This document shows positions 54,729 to 64,000 of a stretch of DNA of 64,000 nucleotides, in pieces. The stretch's first letter is position 1, and every line of letters begins with the position of its first letter. The notes under the pieces were generated by a model. The model did no database searches. It was not told the DNA's origin and saw only the letters and a list, made by a program, of their open reading frames with translations. The translations under genes and the position numbers were made by a program. Source of the stretch: Bacteroidota bacterium (GTDB lineage Bacteria; Bacteroidota; Bacteroidia; Palsa-948); contig JACRAL010000098.1 of the NCBI GenBank assembly GCA_016213435.1, forward strand, positions 141 to 64,140, in the 5' to 3' direction.

Positions 54729-55427
54729 TTATTCTATGAAACTTACACTTCCTGTTTCAATATCATAGAATGCTCCAATGATCTTCAGCTTTTTTTCGTT
54801 CACCATCTCGCTGATAATTTCGCTTCTGTTTAAAATATCTTTAATGGTATTTTTTACATTGTTTTGTGCGGTTTCGTCAATAATATTTGCGTTAGTAGAG
54901 TCAGAGGTAATTGCGGGTTTTATCTGATCTACTAATTGGGTTAAATTTCCGAGATGAATATTTTTTACAGCGCCTGTTACTGCGCCACAATGGCTGTGAC
55001 CCATCACCACAATAAGTTTTGCACCGGCATGTTCAGTGGCATATTCCATGCTTCCCAGCATGTTCTCGTCTTCAATATTTCCTGCAACGCGCACGGCAAA
55101 AATATTTCCGATTCCCTGATCAAAAATAATTTCAGGAGGCACTCTTGAATCCATGCAGGAAAGAATTACCGAATGGGGTTTTTGTCCTCCTTTGGTCAGC
55201 GCGATCTGTTCTTTGTAGTTGGTGTTTATCAGCTTGTTCTCGAGAAACCTTTTGTTTCCGTTTTTTAACTCCTGAACGGCATCGTCAGAAGAATTAACAG
55301 TCACCGCTGCGCTGGTGCTTACTGTGTCTTTTACTTGTGTTTGATTCGTTTCATTGCTTTTTTGATTGCATGAAACTGCAAAGCAAAAAAGAATGCTTGC
55401 GAGAAAAAATGTTTTTAGATTTTTCAT
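54729..55427 (-). CDS. beta-class carbonic anhydrase, secreted/lipoprotein (single-gene cassette between repeat copies)
   Basis: Zn ligand motifs SCMDSRV and HSHCGAV. Signal peptide with SC lipobox. Confidence 0.8.
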   Translation of the reverse strand: MKNLKTFFLASILFCFAVSCNQKSNETNQTQVKDTVSTSAAVTVNSSDDAVQELKNGNKRFLENKLINTNYKEQIALTKGGQKPHSVILSCMDSRVPPEIIFDQGIGNIFAVRVAGNIEDENMLGSMEYATEHAGAKLIVVMGHSHCGAVTGAVKNIHLGNLTQLVDQIKPAITSDSTNANIIDETAQNNVKNTIKDILNRSEIISEMVNEKKLKIIGAFYDIETGSVSFIE

Positions 55428-55513
55428 GATTAGGTTGTTTTAAGAATAGTAAATTGGTTTTATATTTATAGTTCTTTTAACGGTTGAGTTGAAATCATCG
55501 CAAAAATAATCCT

Positions 55514-55622
55514 TTTATTTGTCCTTAATTTGAGCAATCTTCCTCAGTAAAACACTCACTGCTTTTCTACCTTTTGTTCCCAGTGATATTGAATATTTAT
55601 TCACGTAAAGATGGATGTGCTG
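55514..55622. repeat. authentic 3' end of the mqnD-like gene; partner of 54612-54720
   Basis: See 54612-54720. Confidence 0.8.
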
Positions 55623-56372
55623 TTTGATCACTTCATCATCCATTTCCTGTGCGTTTTTTTTTATAAATGCTTTGCTTGAGTTGGGATTAGCAAAAGCAAA
55701 CTCCACGCTTCTGCGGATAATGCGTTCGACTTTTTTTTGAATTTCCTTTGGAAAACTTTTGTTGATGGCAATTCCTCCGAGGGGAATGGGTGATTTTGTT
55801 TTTTTCTCCCACCAGTTTCCAAGATCAATTACTTTCTTCAATCCCTTTTGTTTATAAGTGAAACGACTTTCATGAATGATCACTCCCAGATCAAACTTTC
55901 CTTTCAGCACCGCGTCTTCAATTTCAGAAAAAAGAACTTCGATTTTGTTTTTCAGTTTGGGATAAGCAAGTGAGAAGAGGAGATTGGCGGTGGTGTTTTT
56001 TCCGGGGATGGCAACACGTAAGTTAGAAGTTAGAAGTTTAAGGTTTAAAGTTGAAACAACCAAAGGTCCAACACCAAAGCCAAGTGCTGAACCTGAATCA
56101 AGTAAAGAATATTTATCTTGAACTTGTGAGAAAGCAAAAAAACTAATTTTTGTAATATCAAGTTGCTTTTTTGTCGCCTTCCCTTCGGGAAGGTCGGGAT
56201 GGGCTGCCCTTCTGTTCAATGCTTCTACATCTTCAATTATCGCTTTGAATTTTAATCCTTCGGTGTCTACTTTTCCATGAAGCATTGCATGGAAGATGAA
56301 GCAATCATTGGGGCAGGGAGAAAATCCGAGGGTTAATGGAAGATGGCTGATGGTTGATGGAATGCGTTTCAT
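55515..56372 (-). CDS. mqnD: MqnA/MqnD-family menaquinone (futalosine pathway) biosynthesis protein, most like 1,4-dihydroxy-6-naphthoate synthase MqnD
   Basis: N-terminus LTLGFSPCPNDCFIFHAMLHGKV...EDVEALN and GPLVV ... IPGKNTTANLL fit the MqnD periplasmic-binding-like fold. Ortholog comparison is from memory. Confidence 0.6.
   Translation of the reverse strand: MKRIPSTISHLPLTLGFSPCPNDCFIFHAMLHGKVDTEGLKFKAIIEDVEALNRRAAHPDLPEGKATKKQLDITKISFFAFSQVQDKYSLLDSGSALGFGVGPLVVSTLNLKLLTSNLRVAIPGKNTTANLLFSLAYPKLKNKIEVLFSEIEDAVLKGKFDLGVIIHESRFTYKQKGLKKVIDLGNWWEKKTKSPIPLGGIAINKSFPKEIQKKVERIIRRSVEFAFANPNSSKAFIKKNAQEMDDEVIKQHIHLYVNKYSISLGTKGRKAVSVLLRKIAQIKDK
56177..56193. repeat. perfect GC-rich palindrome CCTTCCC-TTC-GGGAAGG in-frame in mqnD-like gene (encodes DLPEGKA)
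   Basis: Read directly. 7-bp stem in an otherwise AT-rich gene. Confidence 0.5.
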
Positions 56373-56803
56373 TTTTCGAATGCCTCAATTTTTTCCTTCC
56401 ACTTATCGGGCATGAGAATGTTTTCTTTTTTTTCGTAATCAAAGCAAACATGTACGGTTGAGGCTTCTGCTAAAGTGATCTCTTTTCCGTTTTCAACCTT
56501 TGTAATCAAATAGGAAAGGTCAAAGCTTTTGTTCCCAATTTTCGAGCATTTTGTGTAAATAAAAACTTTATCGTAATAAAGGATAGGAATTTTGTAATCG
56601 CAAGTTGATTTTGCCAGTAAGAAACCTTCTTTTTGCCAATCTGCATCGTCACCGACAACATCGTCAAAATATTTTGCTCTTGCAATTTCTATATATGTAA
56701 AATGATTTGCGTTATTCACGTGTCCCATCATATCCAAATCCTTGAAACGAATTTGAATCGGAGTTTTGTGTTTGAATCCTTCCATGTATACTAGGGTGTC
56801 CAA
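56369..56803 (-). CDS. 4HBT-fold acyl-CoA thioesterase (YbgC-like)
   Basis: IRFKDLDMMGHVNNANHFTYIEIAR hot-dog fold signature. Overlaps neighbours by ATGA. Confidence 0.65.
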   Translation of the reverse strand: MDTLVYMEGFKHKTPIQIRFKDLDMMGHVNNANHFTYIEIARAKYFDDVVGDDADWQKEGFLLAKSTCDYKIPILYYDKVFIYTKCSKIGNKSFDLSYLITKVENGKEITLAEASTVHVCFDYEKKENILMPDKWKEKIEAFEK

Positions 56804-58479
56804 AGTCCTTTTTGCATTTTAATGTTATCTTGCTCAGTCATAACAGAAGTGTCAACAGAGGTGAAACGTGGGGATTTTCGGAATTTAAAATCGTGCGGTT
56901 TGTAAAAATGTAGCAGAAAATCAAGCGCATGTTTATCTATTTTAGGAAGGTAGAGTGCCCTATCCCAATGTCCATCAGGATGTTTTTTGTAAAGATATTT
57001 TACATACTCGGCACTGACGCTTTCCGCTGTAATCATCTCGGCAGCTTCTTCGCGATCGCGCTGCGACCATTTTTCAACAGGAGTAGTAATCAGATTTTCC
57101 AGAAAATTGTTCCCGAGAATAAATTCAGTATTGTCATTCTCCGGGATAAACAAAGCAAGGTCGCCATCACTCTCGAAATCAATTGTAAATTCAGGAGGAG
57201 TACTTTCTTTTTCTTCAGGTTCTTCTTTACCTCCATATTTCTTTTTCATTTCAGTTTGATGCCATCTCATAAAATTATTCATGTCTTTTTTTAGTTCTTG
57301 TTCATCCGAATAGGAAATGAGTTGTTTGCCAAAAAACTTTTGGGCGGAGCGACTGTATTCGGATGCCAAATCATTAAGATTTTTGAAGAAATCATTATCG
57401 AAACAATAAAACTTATTTTGCATCTTTAAGTTTTCAATTCGGATTTGGTCGGGTTTGTACACACAGGGAATACATGTTCCGGTTAATTCATATTCTCCTT
57501 TCCATGCTACAAGGTTGAATACCCACATATCCTGTTCGCGAGAGGGAAGAACATTATTAAAAGATTTTTTTATTACCTTGTAGTTCTTTTTTACGCCTGT
57601 ATGATAGAAATGATAATAACGGTTGTCTTCAGATTGCAAATGAAAAATCCCATAATGACGAACGACAAGGTTTGCGATTTGGGTTCGCATATTTTCTGAG
57701 CAACGGACTGTTTTAGCAAACAATTGAGAAGAAGTTAATGCGCCCAATGATAATGGGGTTTCGAAAATGCGAATATCTTGTGTGGAATAATTATAGATAC
57801 TCAGCAATTCAATATCTTTCTTGTCTTTAATTTTTTTATTACCCATGTACTCTTGCATATCTTGTTCATGTTTCCGCGTGAGTTCAAATCCGGTGAGATA
57901 ATTTTTTAATGCAAACCATAGTATTTTATTTTTAACTGGAATATATTCTTCCTCATCGGTTATGTGGAAATAATCATTATGTAAATCCGTAGTTGGGAAT
58001 TCAACAACAGCATCTAATTCGTCAAAAATATCTTTGCTTAATTTGATCAAGCCAGCGGAAGAAGGATTCAGCATGGGCTTATCTTCTCCTTTCGATACGC
58101 ATGTAATGTGAAAATACCATAGTAAAAAAAGAATATCTTCTGGTTGGATATCGTTTTCGTTATAATCAGGCGATAGGTTTTTTACAATGGGTAAAGGACT
58201 GCTGAATTTTAATTTAAAGTGTTGTCGCATTGTGTTGAAAATTCCAATATCATTAAATATATCTTCTGCATATCCGCCTATCATGTAGGAGAGTTCGCGG
58301 GTTTCTTCTGGAGTATATTTGAGAAGGGGCACATAGTATTTCTTAAGAAAATTATTTATCCGTGTAAAAATCTTTCGTGTCAATTCTAAATAAAACAAGT
58401 CATATTCGGTATGATGAAGAATGGAGTAAGGTTTTCGTTCAGAAAACCATTTCATGGAAATGAATTTCTCAGTATTCAT
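56791..58479 (-). CDS. hypothetical protein
   Basis: 562 aa, Tyr/Phe/Lys-rich, no recognised motif. Confidence 0.4.
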   Translation of the reverse strand: MNTEKFISMKWFSERKPYSILHHTEYDLFYLELTRKIFTRINNFLKKYYVPLLKYTPEETRELSYMIGGYAEDIFNDIGIFNTMRQHFKLKFSSPLPIVKNLSPDYNENDIQPEDILFLLWYFHITCVSKGEDKPMLNPSSAGLIKLSKDIFDELDAVVEFPTTDLHNDYFHITDEEEYIPVKNKILWFALKNYLTGFELTRKHEQDMQEYMGNKKIKDKKDIELLSIYNYSTQDIRIFETPLSLGALTSSQLFAKTVRCSENMRTQIANLVVRHYGIFHLQSEDNRYYHFYHTGVKKNYKVIKKSFNNVLPSREQDMWVFNLVAWKGEYELTGTCIPCVYKPDQIRIENLKMQNKFYCFDNDFFKNLNDLASEYSRSAQKFFGKQLISYSDEQELKKDMNNFMRWHQTEMKKKYGGKEEPEEKESTPPEFTIDFESDGDLALFIPENDNTEFILGNNFLENLITTPVEKWSQRDREEAAEMITAESVSAEYVKYLYKKHPDGHWDRALYLPKIDKHALDFLLHFYKPHDFKFRKSPRFTSVDTSVMTEQDNIKMQKGLWTP

Positions 58480-58495
58480 GCTGCAATAAATAATT

Positions 58496-60472
58496 TTATT
58501 CGGATTGGATACTTGGTTTTTGTTGTTTATCTAACTCTTCATACACTGAATTCTGACTTCTGAACTCAGGTACAATTTCTTTCATTCTTTTTACAATAGC
58601 AGTGCTGTCTTGATTTTGAAGAAGGGAAATCAGCGCACCCACTTTTTCTGAAACTTCCTCGTGTCCATATTCCCTCACCTTGCCAACCATAATCTGAGGA
58701 TTGTGAGTGGGAAGCGTATTTTCTTTTGTGGCAAGAAGTTCTTCGAAAAGTTTTTCCCCCGGACGCAATCCGGTGTAAACTATCTGTATGTCTTTCCCGA
58801 GTGTGAGTCCTGCAAGCTGGATCATCTTTTTGGCGAGGTCAGCAATCTTGACCGACTGTCCCATGTCGAACACAAAAATTTCTCCGCCTTTTCCCATCGC
58901 GCCTGCTTCTAAAACCAATTGGCATGCTTCGGGAATGGTCATAAAAAAACGTGTGATATCCGGATGAGTAACGGATATTGGTCCGCCTCTTTCAATTTGG
59001 TGTCTGAAAAGTTGAATCACCGAACCGTTAGATCCGAGCACATTTCCAAAGCGGGTGGTGATGAATTTGCAGCCCCCTCTAACTCCCCCTTCAGGGGAGG
59101 ATTTATTTTCGCCCTCCCTGAAGGGGAGGGAAGGGGTGGGGCTGAGCGATTGCACATACATCTCCGCAATTCTTTTTGAAGCGCCCATTACGTTGGTGGG
59201 ATTAACGGCTTTATCAGTAGACACCATCACGAATTTTTCTACTCCGTGTTTTACCGCGAGATCGGCCATGATCTTGGTGCCGAGCACATTGGTTTGAATG
59301 GCTTCAAGCGGATGGTGTTCCATCATCGGCACATGCTTGTATGCCGCTGCATGATACACAACTTGGGGAGAATATTTACTGAAAATACTTTCCATCCTTT
59401 CTTTATTTCTCACATCGGCAATCACAATTTCAAAAGAGCGCAGGTGGAAAATATTTTTCAGTTCCATCTCCATTTCATAGAGAGGAGATTCGGCAGTGTC
59501 GATCAGAACTATTTTTTTTGAATTGAATTTTGAAAGCTGTCTCACGATTTCGCTTCCGATAGAACCCGCAGCCCCGGTTACAAGAATCACTTTGTCGCGT
59601 GTCTGCCGTTTGATGTTTTCCATATCAAGTTTGATCGGATTGCGTTCGAGAAGATCTTCAATGCGAACTTTTTTTATCTGCTTGAAACTAAGCTCTCCGT
59701 TTATCCAGCTGCTCACCGGAGGCACATTCAGGATTTTGGTATTGTATTTTAAACATATTTCCACAATTTCTTCTTTTCGTTTCGCGGGAATATTTTGAAC
59801 AGAAATGATCATGTGTGCTACGTTTCCATCTCGTAGAAGTTCTTCCAGTTTGTTAAATCCGTAAATAGTAATTCCTTCCAGTTTGCTTTCCCATTTTTTT
59901 TCGTTGTCGTCAATAAAGGCAAGCACTTTGTATTTCATTCCTGCATCGCGGTCAAGTGTTCGCTTGGTGATGATGCCTGATTCGCCCGATCCGAAAATGA
60001 TGACGCTGGTTTTTGTGCGACTTGGATTTTTCCATTCGAGATAAATGGATTTAAAAATGAGCCGCAGGCTGATCATCAGGAAAGTGGTCGTCATGTATTC
60101 AATGACGAGGATGGAGAAGGGGATAATAAATGTATCTGTAATAAAGTAATATTTTATGATATTGGCAATAGCAAAAAAGATACTGCCAAGTGTGGTGACG
60201 ATAAAAATCCGTTGTGCATCTCTCGAACTGGTATAGCGAACAATGCCTTTATGTGTTTTTGAAATAAAAAAACTCAAAGCACGTACTCCGATTACAAAAG
60301 GGAAAATAAGAGGAAATGTGTCTAATTCCACCTGTGGAATTGCTGCGAAGTTGAAGCGGAGCAAATAGGCGATGATAAGAGCAAAAAAACAAATGAACAG
60401 ATCGATCAGGAAAATTATCCAGCGCGGAGCGGTGCGTTCAAAGAGAAGCATAATTTTTAAATTTGTGTTCAA
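58496..60472 (-). CDS. membrane-anchored polysaccharide biosynthesis protein CapD/PglF/WbpM-like (UDP-sugar 4,6-dehydratase)
   Basis: N-terminal 4 TM. Rossmann ILVTGAAGSIGSEIVRQL, GASKRIAEMYV and RFGNVLGSNGSV motifs. Confidence 0.8.
   Translation of the reverse strand: MNTNLKIMLLFERTAPRWIIFLIDLFICFFALIIAYLLRFNFAAIPQVELDTFPLIFPFVIGVRALSFFISKTHKGIVRYTSSRDAQRIFIVTTLGSIFFAIANIIKYYFITDTFIIPFSILVIEYMTTTFLMISLRLIFKSIYLEWKNPSRTKTSVIIFGSGESGIITKRTLDRDAGMKYKVLAFIDDNEKKWESKLEGITIYGFNKLEELLRDGNVAHMIISVQNIPAKRKEEIVEICLKYNTKILNVPPVSSWINGELSFKQIKKVRIEDLLERNPIKLDMENIKRQTRDKVILVTGAAGSIGSEIVRQLSKFNSKKIVLIDTAESPLYEMEMELKNIFHLRSFEIVIADVRNKERMESIFSKYSPQVVYHAAAYKHVPMMEHHPLEAIQTNVLGTKIMADLAVKHGVEKFVMVSTDKAVNPTNVMGASKRIAEMYVQSLSPTPSLPFREGENKSSPEGGVRGGCKFITTRFGNVLGSNGSVIQLFRHQIERGGPISVTHPDITRFFMTIPEACQLVLEAGAMGKGGEIFVFDMGQSVKIADLAKKMIQLAGLTLGKDIQIVYTGLRPGEKLFEELLATKENTLPTHNPQIMVGKVREYGHEEVSEKVGALISLLQNQDSTAIVKRMKEIVPEFRSQNSVYEELDKQQKPSIQSE
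59083..59130. repeat. two GC-rich REP-like hairpins (CTCCCC-CTTCA-GGGGAG; CCCTCCC-TGAAG-GGGAGGG) in-frame in the capD-like gene
   Basis: They encode about 20 extra residues (PTPSLPFREGENKSSPEGGVRGG) between the conserved YVQSL and TTRFGNV motifs. Confidence 0.55.
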
Positions 60473-60553
60473 AGATAAAACAAATAGATTAAGGATTTAG
60501 GAATAAGGATTTATGATTTTAACAGCAACATAATAGTATTTTTGTAAATCATT

Positions 60554-61636
60554 ATGCCCAGAATTCTTTTCATAGGTGCTCATCGGTTAAATCGCTCTCC
60601 AAGCCAGCGTTTTCGTTTTGAGCAATATCTTTCTTTTTTTCAAAAGAATGGTTTTGAATGCCATCTGTCTCCTTTACTGGATGAAAAGGATGACAGGAGG
60701 TTTTACAGCGAAGGGAATTTTTTTGGAAAAATTTCTGTTGTTGTAAAAAGCTTTTTTAGAAGATGGAAAGACATGGGTAAAGCAAAAAATTACGATATCA
60801 TTTTTATTCAGCGGGAAGCATTTATGACGGGATCTATTTTTTTTGAAAAAAAGTTAAAAGCAATAGGAAAGAAAGTAGTTTTTGATTTTGATGATGCTAT
60901 CTGGCTGCCGAATATTTCAGAAAGCAATAAAAAATATGAGTGGCTCAAAAATCCTTTAAAGACAGATCAGCTGATTTCGATTTCCGATTTAGTGATTGCG
61001 GGGAATGCTTTTCTTGCAGATTACGCGAAAAAGTTCAATGGCAATGTTCGGATGATCCCTACCACAATTGATACGGATTATCACATACGTAGAGTGCGTG
61101 TAAAAAAAGACGAATCCATTTGCATCGGATGGACGGGCAGCCACACTACTATACAGCACTTTGAACATGCAGTTCCGGTTTTGAAAAAACTGAAAAAGAA
61201 TTTTGGGAATAAAATTTATTTCAAAGTGATTGGCGATCCTGCGTATGAAAATAAAGAACTTGGACTTAAAGGAGTTTCATGGAAGCTGACAAGTGAAATT
61301 GAAGACCTCTCGGAGTTTGACATCGGCATTATGCCTTTGCCCGATGACGAATGGGCGAAAGGAAAATGCGGATTAAAAGGCTTGCAGTACATGGCACTCG
61401 AAATTCCAACCGTGATCTCTCCGGTTGGAGTGAACCGTGAAATCATTTCAGAAGGAGTAAATGGTTTTCTTGCACAGAATGAAGAGGAATGGATTGAGAA
61501 AATTTCTTTACTGATTGAAAATCCTGAACTAAGAAAGAAAATTGGAAGAGATGCCAGAAAAACCGTAGAAGAGAGATATTCCGTGAATTCTCAAAAAGAG
61601 AAATATCTCTCTTGTCTGAAGGATTTATTGGGGTGA
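60554..61636 (+). CDS. GT4-family (GT-B fold, glycos_transf_1) glycosyltransferase
   Basis: C-terminal half with E-x7-E-like region (ALEIPTVISPVGVNREII...GVNGFL). Confidence 0.6.
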   Translation: MPRILFIGAHRLNRSPSQRFRFEQYLSFFQKNGFECHLSPLLDEKDDRRFYSEGNFFGKISVVVKSFFRRWKDMGKAKNYDIIFIQREAFMTGSIFFEKKLKAIGKKVVFDFDDAIWLPNISESNKKYEWLKNPLKTDQLISISDLVIAGNAFLADYAKKFNGNVRMIPTTIDTDYHIRRVRVKKDESICIGWTGSHTTIQHFEHAVPVLKKLKKNFGNKIYFKVIGDPAYENKELGLKGVSWKLTSEIEDLSEFDIGIMPLPDDEWAKGKCGLKGLQYMALEIPTVISPVGVNREIISEGVNGFLAQNEEEWIEKISLLIENPELRKKIGRDARKTVEERYSVNSQKEKYLSCLKDLLG

Positions 61637-62131
61637 AGGCTTGCTTCTGTAAACCTTTATTGTCCATTCTCCTCTGAATTCAACATTCATATTCTTTAGA
61701 TTGAGTTGATAGGGAAGGCAGCCTGCCGTAAAAATAACTGCGCCAAGCAGGAAACTGCTTATTCCTACACCAGACTGAGGCTCTTTGAATATGGAAGCAG
61801 TACCATCTGCTATCATAATGGATCCTATCAGCATAATCGGCATTCCTATGATTTTTGTGAGCGTATGCAGTGTAGATTTTTTTTTGATTCCTGCAATGGA
61901 TGCAAGCATAACAGTGTCTTCTCCCAATACAACGGCTGAAGTATCAATCAGGTCGTTTAGTTTTTCGGTAGAATATCCCTCGTCACCTGATTTAATGTAC
62001 GTTACTATGGATCCCTTCTTATATGTCCAGGTTTTTCCGGTAGTGTTATTTCTTAGCAGCAGTCCTTCTTGTGCAGATGCAAAAAGACTGATAAAGCACG
62101 CTGTTGCTGCAAGGAAAAATGTTTTGTACAC
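61625..62131 (-). CDS. hypothetical secreted/membrane protein
   Basis: 168 aa with signal peptide and C-terminal hydrophobic stretch. Confidence 0.35.
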   Translation of the reverse strand: MYKTFFLAATACFISLFASAQEGLLLRNNTTGKTWTYKKGSIVTYIKSGDEGYSTEKLNDLIDTSAVVLGEDTVMLASIAGIKKKSTLHTLTKIIGMPIMLIGSIMIADGTASIFKEPQSGVGISSFLLGAVIFTAGCLPYQLNLKNMNVEFRGEWTIKVYRSKPSPQ

Positions 62132-62197
62132 GTGTGTGAATATTATTTCTCAAATATATCCAAGTTATCTTTAGCTAATAGTTGAATAATTTTACTT

Positions 62198-63301
62198 TTG
62201 CACAAGAAAATATCTATTATGAAAAATACAGCTATCACACACAAACACATTGCACTCGGTGCAAAAATGGTTCCCTTTGCGGGATTTAATATGCCTGTTT
62301 CCTATTCCGGATTGAACGATGAGCATTTGACGGTTCGGAATTCTGTCGGAATGTTTGACGTAAGCCACATGGGAGAATTCTTGCTGAAGGGAGAAAAAGC
62401 CCTTGATCTCATCCAGCGTGTTACTTCCAACGATGCCTCCAAACTTACAGATAAAAAAGTTCAGTACACCTGTTTGCCGAATGATAAAGGAGGAATTGTG
62501 GATGATTTACTTGTTTATCGATGGAAAGAAAATGAATATTATTTGGTGGTGAATGCTTCCAACATTGAAAAAGACTGGAGCTGGATTTCCAAGTCCAATA
62601 CCTTCGGAGTCGAGATGAAAAACATGAGCGATGATTTGAGTTTGTTTGCCGTGCAGGGTCCAAAAGCAATTACTGCTCTTCAGAAGCTAACGGACGTTGA
62701 TCTGTCGAAAATGGAATACTATACTTTCGATATGGGAAAAATGGCAGGTTGCGAGGGAGTAATCATTTCCAATACAGGCTATACCGGTGCCGGAGGTTTT
62801 GAAATTTATGTTTCGAACAAAGACGCAGAAAAAATGTGGGACGCCATCATGAATGCAGGAAAAGAATTCGGAATAAAGCCGATTGGACTTGGCGCACGCG
62901 ATACGCTGCGTTTGGAAATGGGCTTTTGTCTCTATGGAAATGATATTGATGACACCACTTCTCCCATCGAAGCGGGTCTCGGCTGGATCACAAAATTCAG
63001 CAAGGAATTCACGAATTCTAAAAATCTGAAAGAACAGAAAGAAAAAGGAGTTTCAAAAAAATTAGTTGGTTTTGAAATGATTGATCGCGGAATTCCGCGC
63101 CACGATTATGAAATCGCAGATGCTCAAGGAAATACAATCGGAAAAGTTACTTCTGGGACCCAATCTCCATCTCTTAACAAAGCGATAGGAATGGGATATG
63201 TGAAAACAGAATTTTCAAAACCGGATTCGGAAATATTTATCAAGATTAGAGATAAAGCATTGAAAGCAAAAGTTGTGACTACGCCTTTTCTGAAAAAATA
63301 A
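62198..63301 (+). CDS. gcvT: glycine cleavage system aminomethyltransferase T protein
   Basis: FDVSHMGEF, folate-binding region, 367 aa. Confidence 0.9.
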   Translation: MHKKISIMKNTAITHKHIALGAKMVPFAGFNMPVSYSGLNDEHLTVRNSVGMFDVSHMGEFLLKGEKALDLIQRVTSNDASKLTDKKVQYTCLPNDKGGIVDDLLVYRWKENEYYLVVNASNIEKDWSWISKSNTFGVEMKNMSDDLSLFAVQGPKAITALQKLTDVDLSKMEYYTFDMGKMAGCEGVIISNTGYTGAGGFEIYVSNKDAEKMWDAIMNAGKEFGIKPIGLGARDTLRLEMGFCLYGNDIDDTTSPIEAGLGWITKFSKEFTNSKNLKEQKEKGVSKKLVGFEMIDRGIPRHDYEIADAQGNTIGKVTSGTQSPSLNKAIGMGYVKTEFSKPDSEIFIKIRDKALKAKVVTTPFLKK

Positions 63302-64000
63302 TGAAAGAGAAGAAGTTGAAAATTGACGCTTGCTTTTCCCCTCACCTATATCCTGTTTACAAGGACAATGACAGTATTGTAGTTATCATTGACGTGTTGC
63401 GCGCTACTTCCGCCATCTGTGTTGCATTTGAATACGGAGTTGAAAAAATGATTCCGGTTGCTACAGTTGAAGAAGCACGCGAATACAAACAGAAAGGATT
63501 TTTAGTGGGGGCAGAAAGAAACGGTTTGGCTATCGATGGTTTTGATTTCGGGAATTCTCCTTTTCATTATATGGGCGATCACGTGAAAGGAAAAACCATC
63601 GTGCTCACCACCACCAATGGCACGCAGGCAATTGAAGCGGCAAAGGGCGCGCATAAAGTGGTGATTGGTTCTTTCCTTAACATTGATGCCTTATGTTCCT
63701 GGCTTCTGAGTCAAAACAAAAATATTTTATTGCTTTGTTCCGGTTGGAAAAATAAATTTAATCTCGAAGATGCTGTTTTTGCAGGAGCTGTAACAGATAA
63801 AATTTCACATGGTAATGATAATTATAAATTAGGTGATGCCTGCCTTGCGCTGATGTATCTCTACCAGATGGCGAAGGAAAATCCGATTAAGTTTCTCAGT
63901 CATTCATCTCACAAGGAACGCCTTGCTGCTTTGAACCTGAAAGAAGATATTCGCTACTGTCTTACTCCCAACCAAACAAAGGTGATTCCGATATATAAGG
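63301..64000 (+). CDS. 2-phosphosulfolactate phosphatase (ComB) family protein, 3'-truncated by window end
   Basis: ATG overlaps gcvT stop (TAATG). VVIIDVLRATSAICVAFEYG is the ComB family N-terminal signature. Confidence 0.55.
   Translation, partial: MKEKKLKIDACFSPHLYPVYKDNDSIVVIIDVLRATSAICVAFEYGVEKMIPVATVEEAREYKQKGFLVGAERNGLAIDGFDFGNSPFHYMGDHVKGKTIVLTTTNGTQAIEAAKGAHKVVIGSFLNIDALCSWLLSQNKNILLLCSGWKNKFNLEDAVFAGAVTDKISHGNDNYKLGDACLALMYLYQMAKENPIKFLSHSSHKERLAALNLKEDIRYCLTPNQTKVIPIYK

Overview
This is an AT-rich, Bacteroidetes-like chromosomal window with lipoprotein-type signal peptides and TTG/TAnnTTTG promoter boxes. All coordinates read by hand may be off by 1-2 nt. Contents from left to right: (1) a metal/arsenic-type accessory cluster at 322-3162 (ArsR-family regulator with a palindromic operator, SAM-methyltransferase, DsrE-like protein, Met-rich TCPMHP metal-binding protein). 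(2) A roughly 19.5-kb, almost entirely minus-strand, mobile/phage-like island at 3745-23300. It encodes a RecA-fold ATPase, a beta-class DNA methyltransferase translationally coupled to a 1715-aa N6-MTase / SF2-helicase / RadC(JAB) fusion (DarB-like anti-restriction candidate), a beta-helix fibre protein, an SLT lytic transglycosylase, a permuted-papain hydrolase, a transglutaminase-like protein, an annexin-like protein, many ORFans and two small HTH proteins at the right end. I recognised no integrase, terminase, portal or capsid. (3) A housekeeping block: ruvX, def, prolyl oligopeptidase, cinA, rarA, tRNA-His. (4) A signalling/unknown-chemistry cluster: REC-PAS-HK hybrid, 7TMR-DISM histidine kinase, GNAT, a 21-bp tandem repeat, an E1/ThiF-nitroreductase fusion, and a REC-only response regulator. 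(5) Envelope and polysaccharide genes: C1 peptidase, wecA-family transferase, two paralogous OMPs, gmd, fcl, capD-like dehydratase, a GT4 glycosyltransferase, plus deoC, thiL, beta-carbonic anhydrase, mqnD-like, thioesterase and gcvT. Three cross-cutting observations stand out. (a) A family of short GC-rich REP-like palindromes (cores CCCGTTAGGGA, CCCTTTAGGGA, CCCTGAAGGG) is centred on an IS200-like/RAYT transposase. Several copies sit in-frame inside conserved genes (cinA, rarA, capD-like, possibly mqnD). (b) Three single-gene cassettes are each followed by a degenerate copy of the 3' end of the gene they sit downstream of. (c) The 3'-terminal 21 nt of tRNA-His is tandemly triplicated with a 98-bp period.
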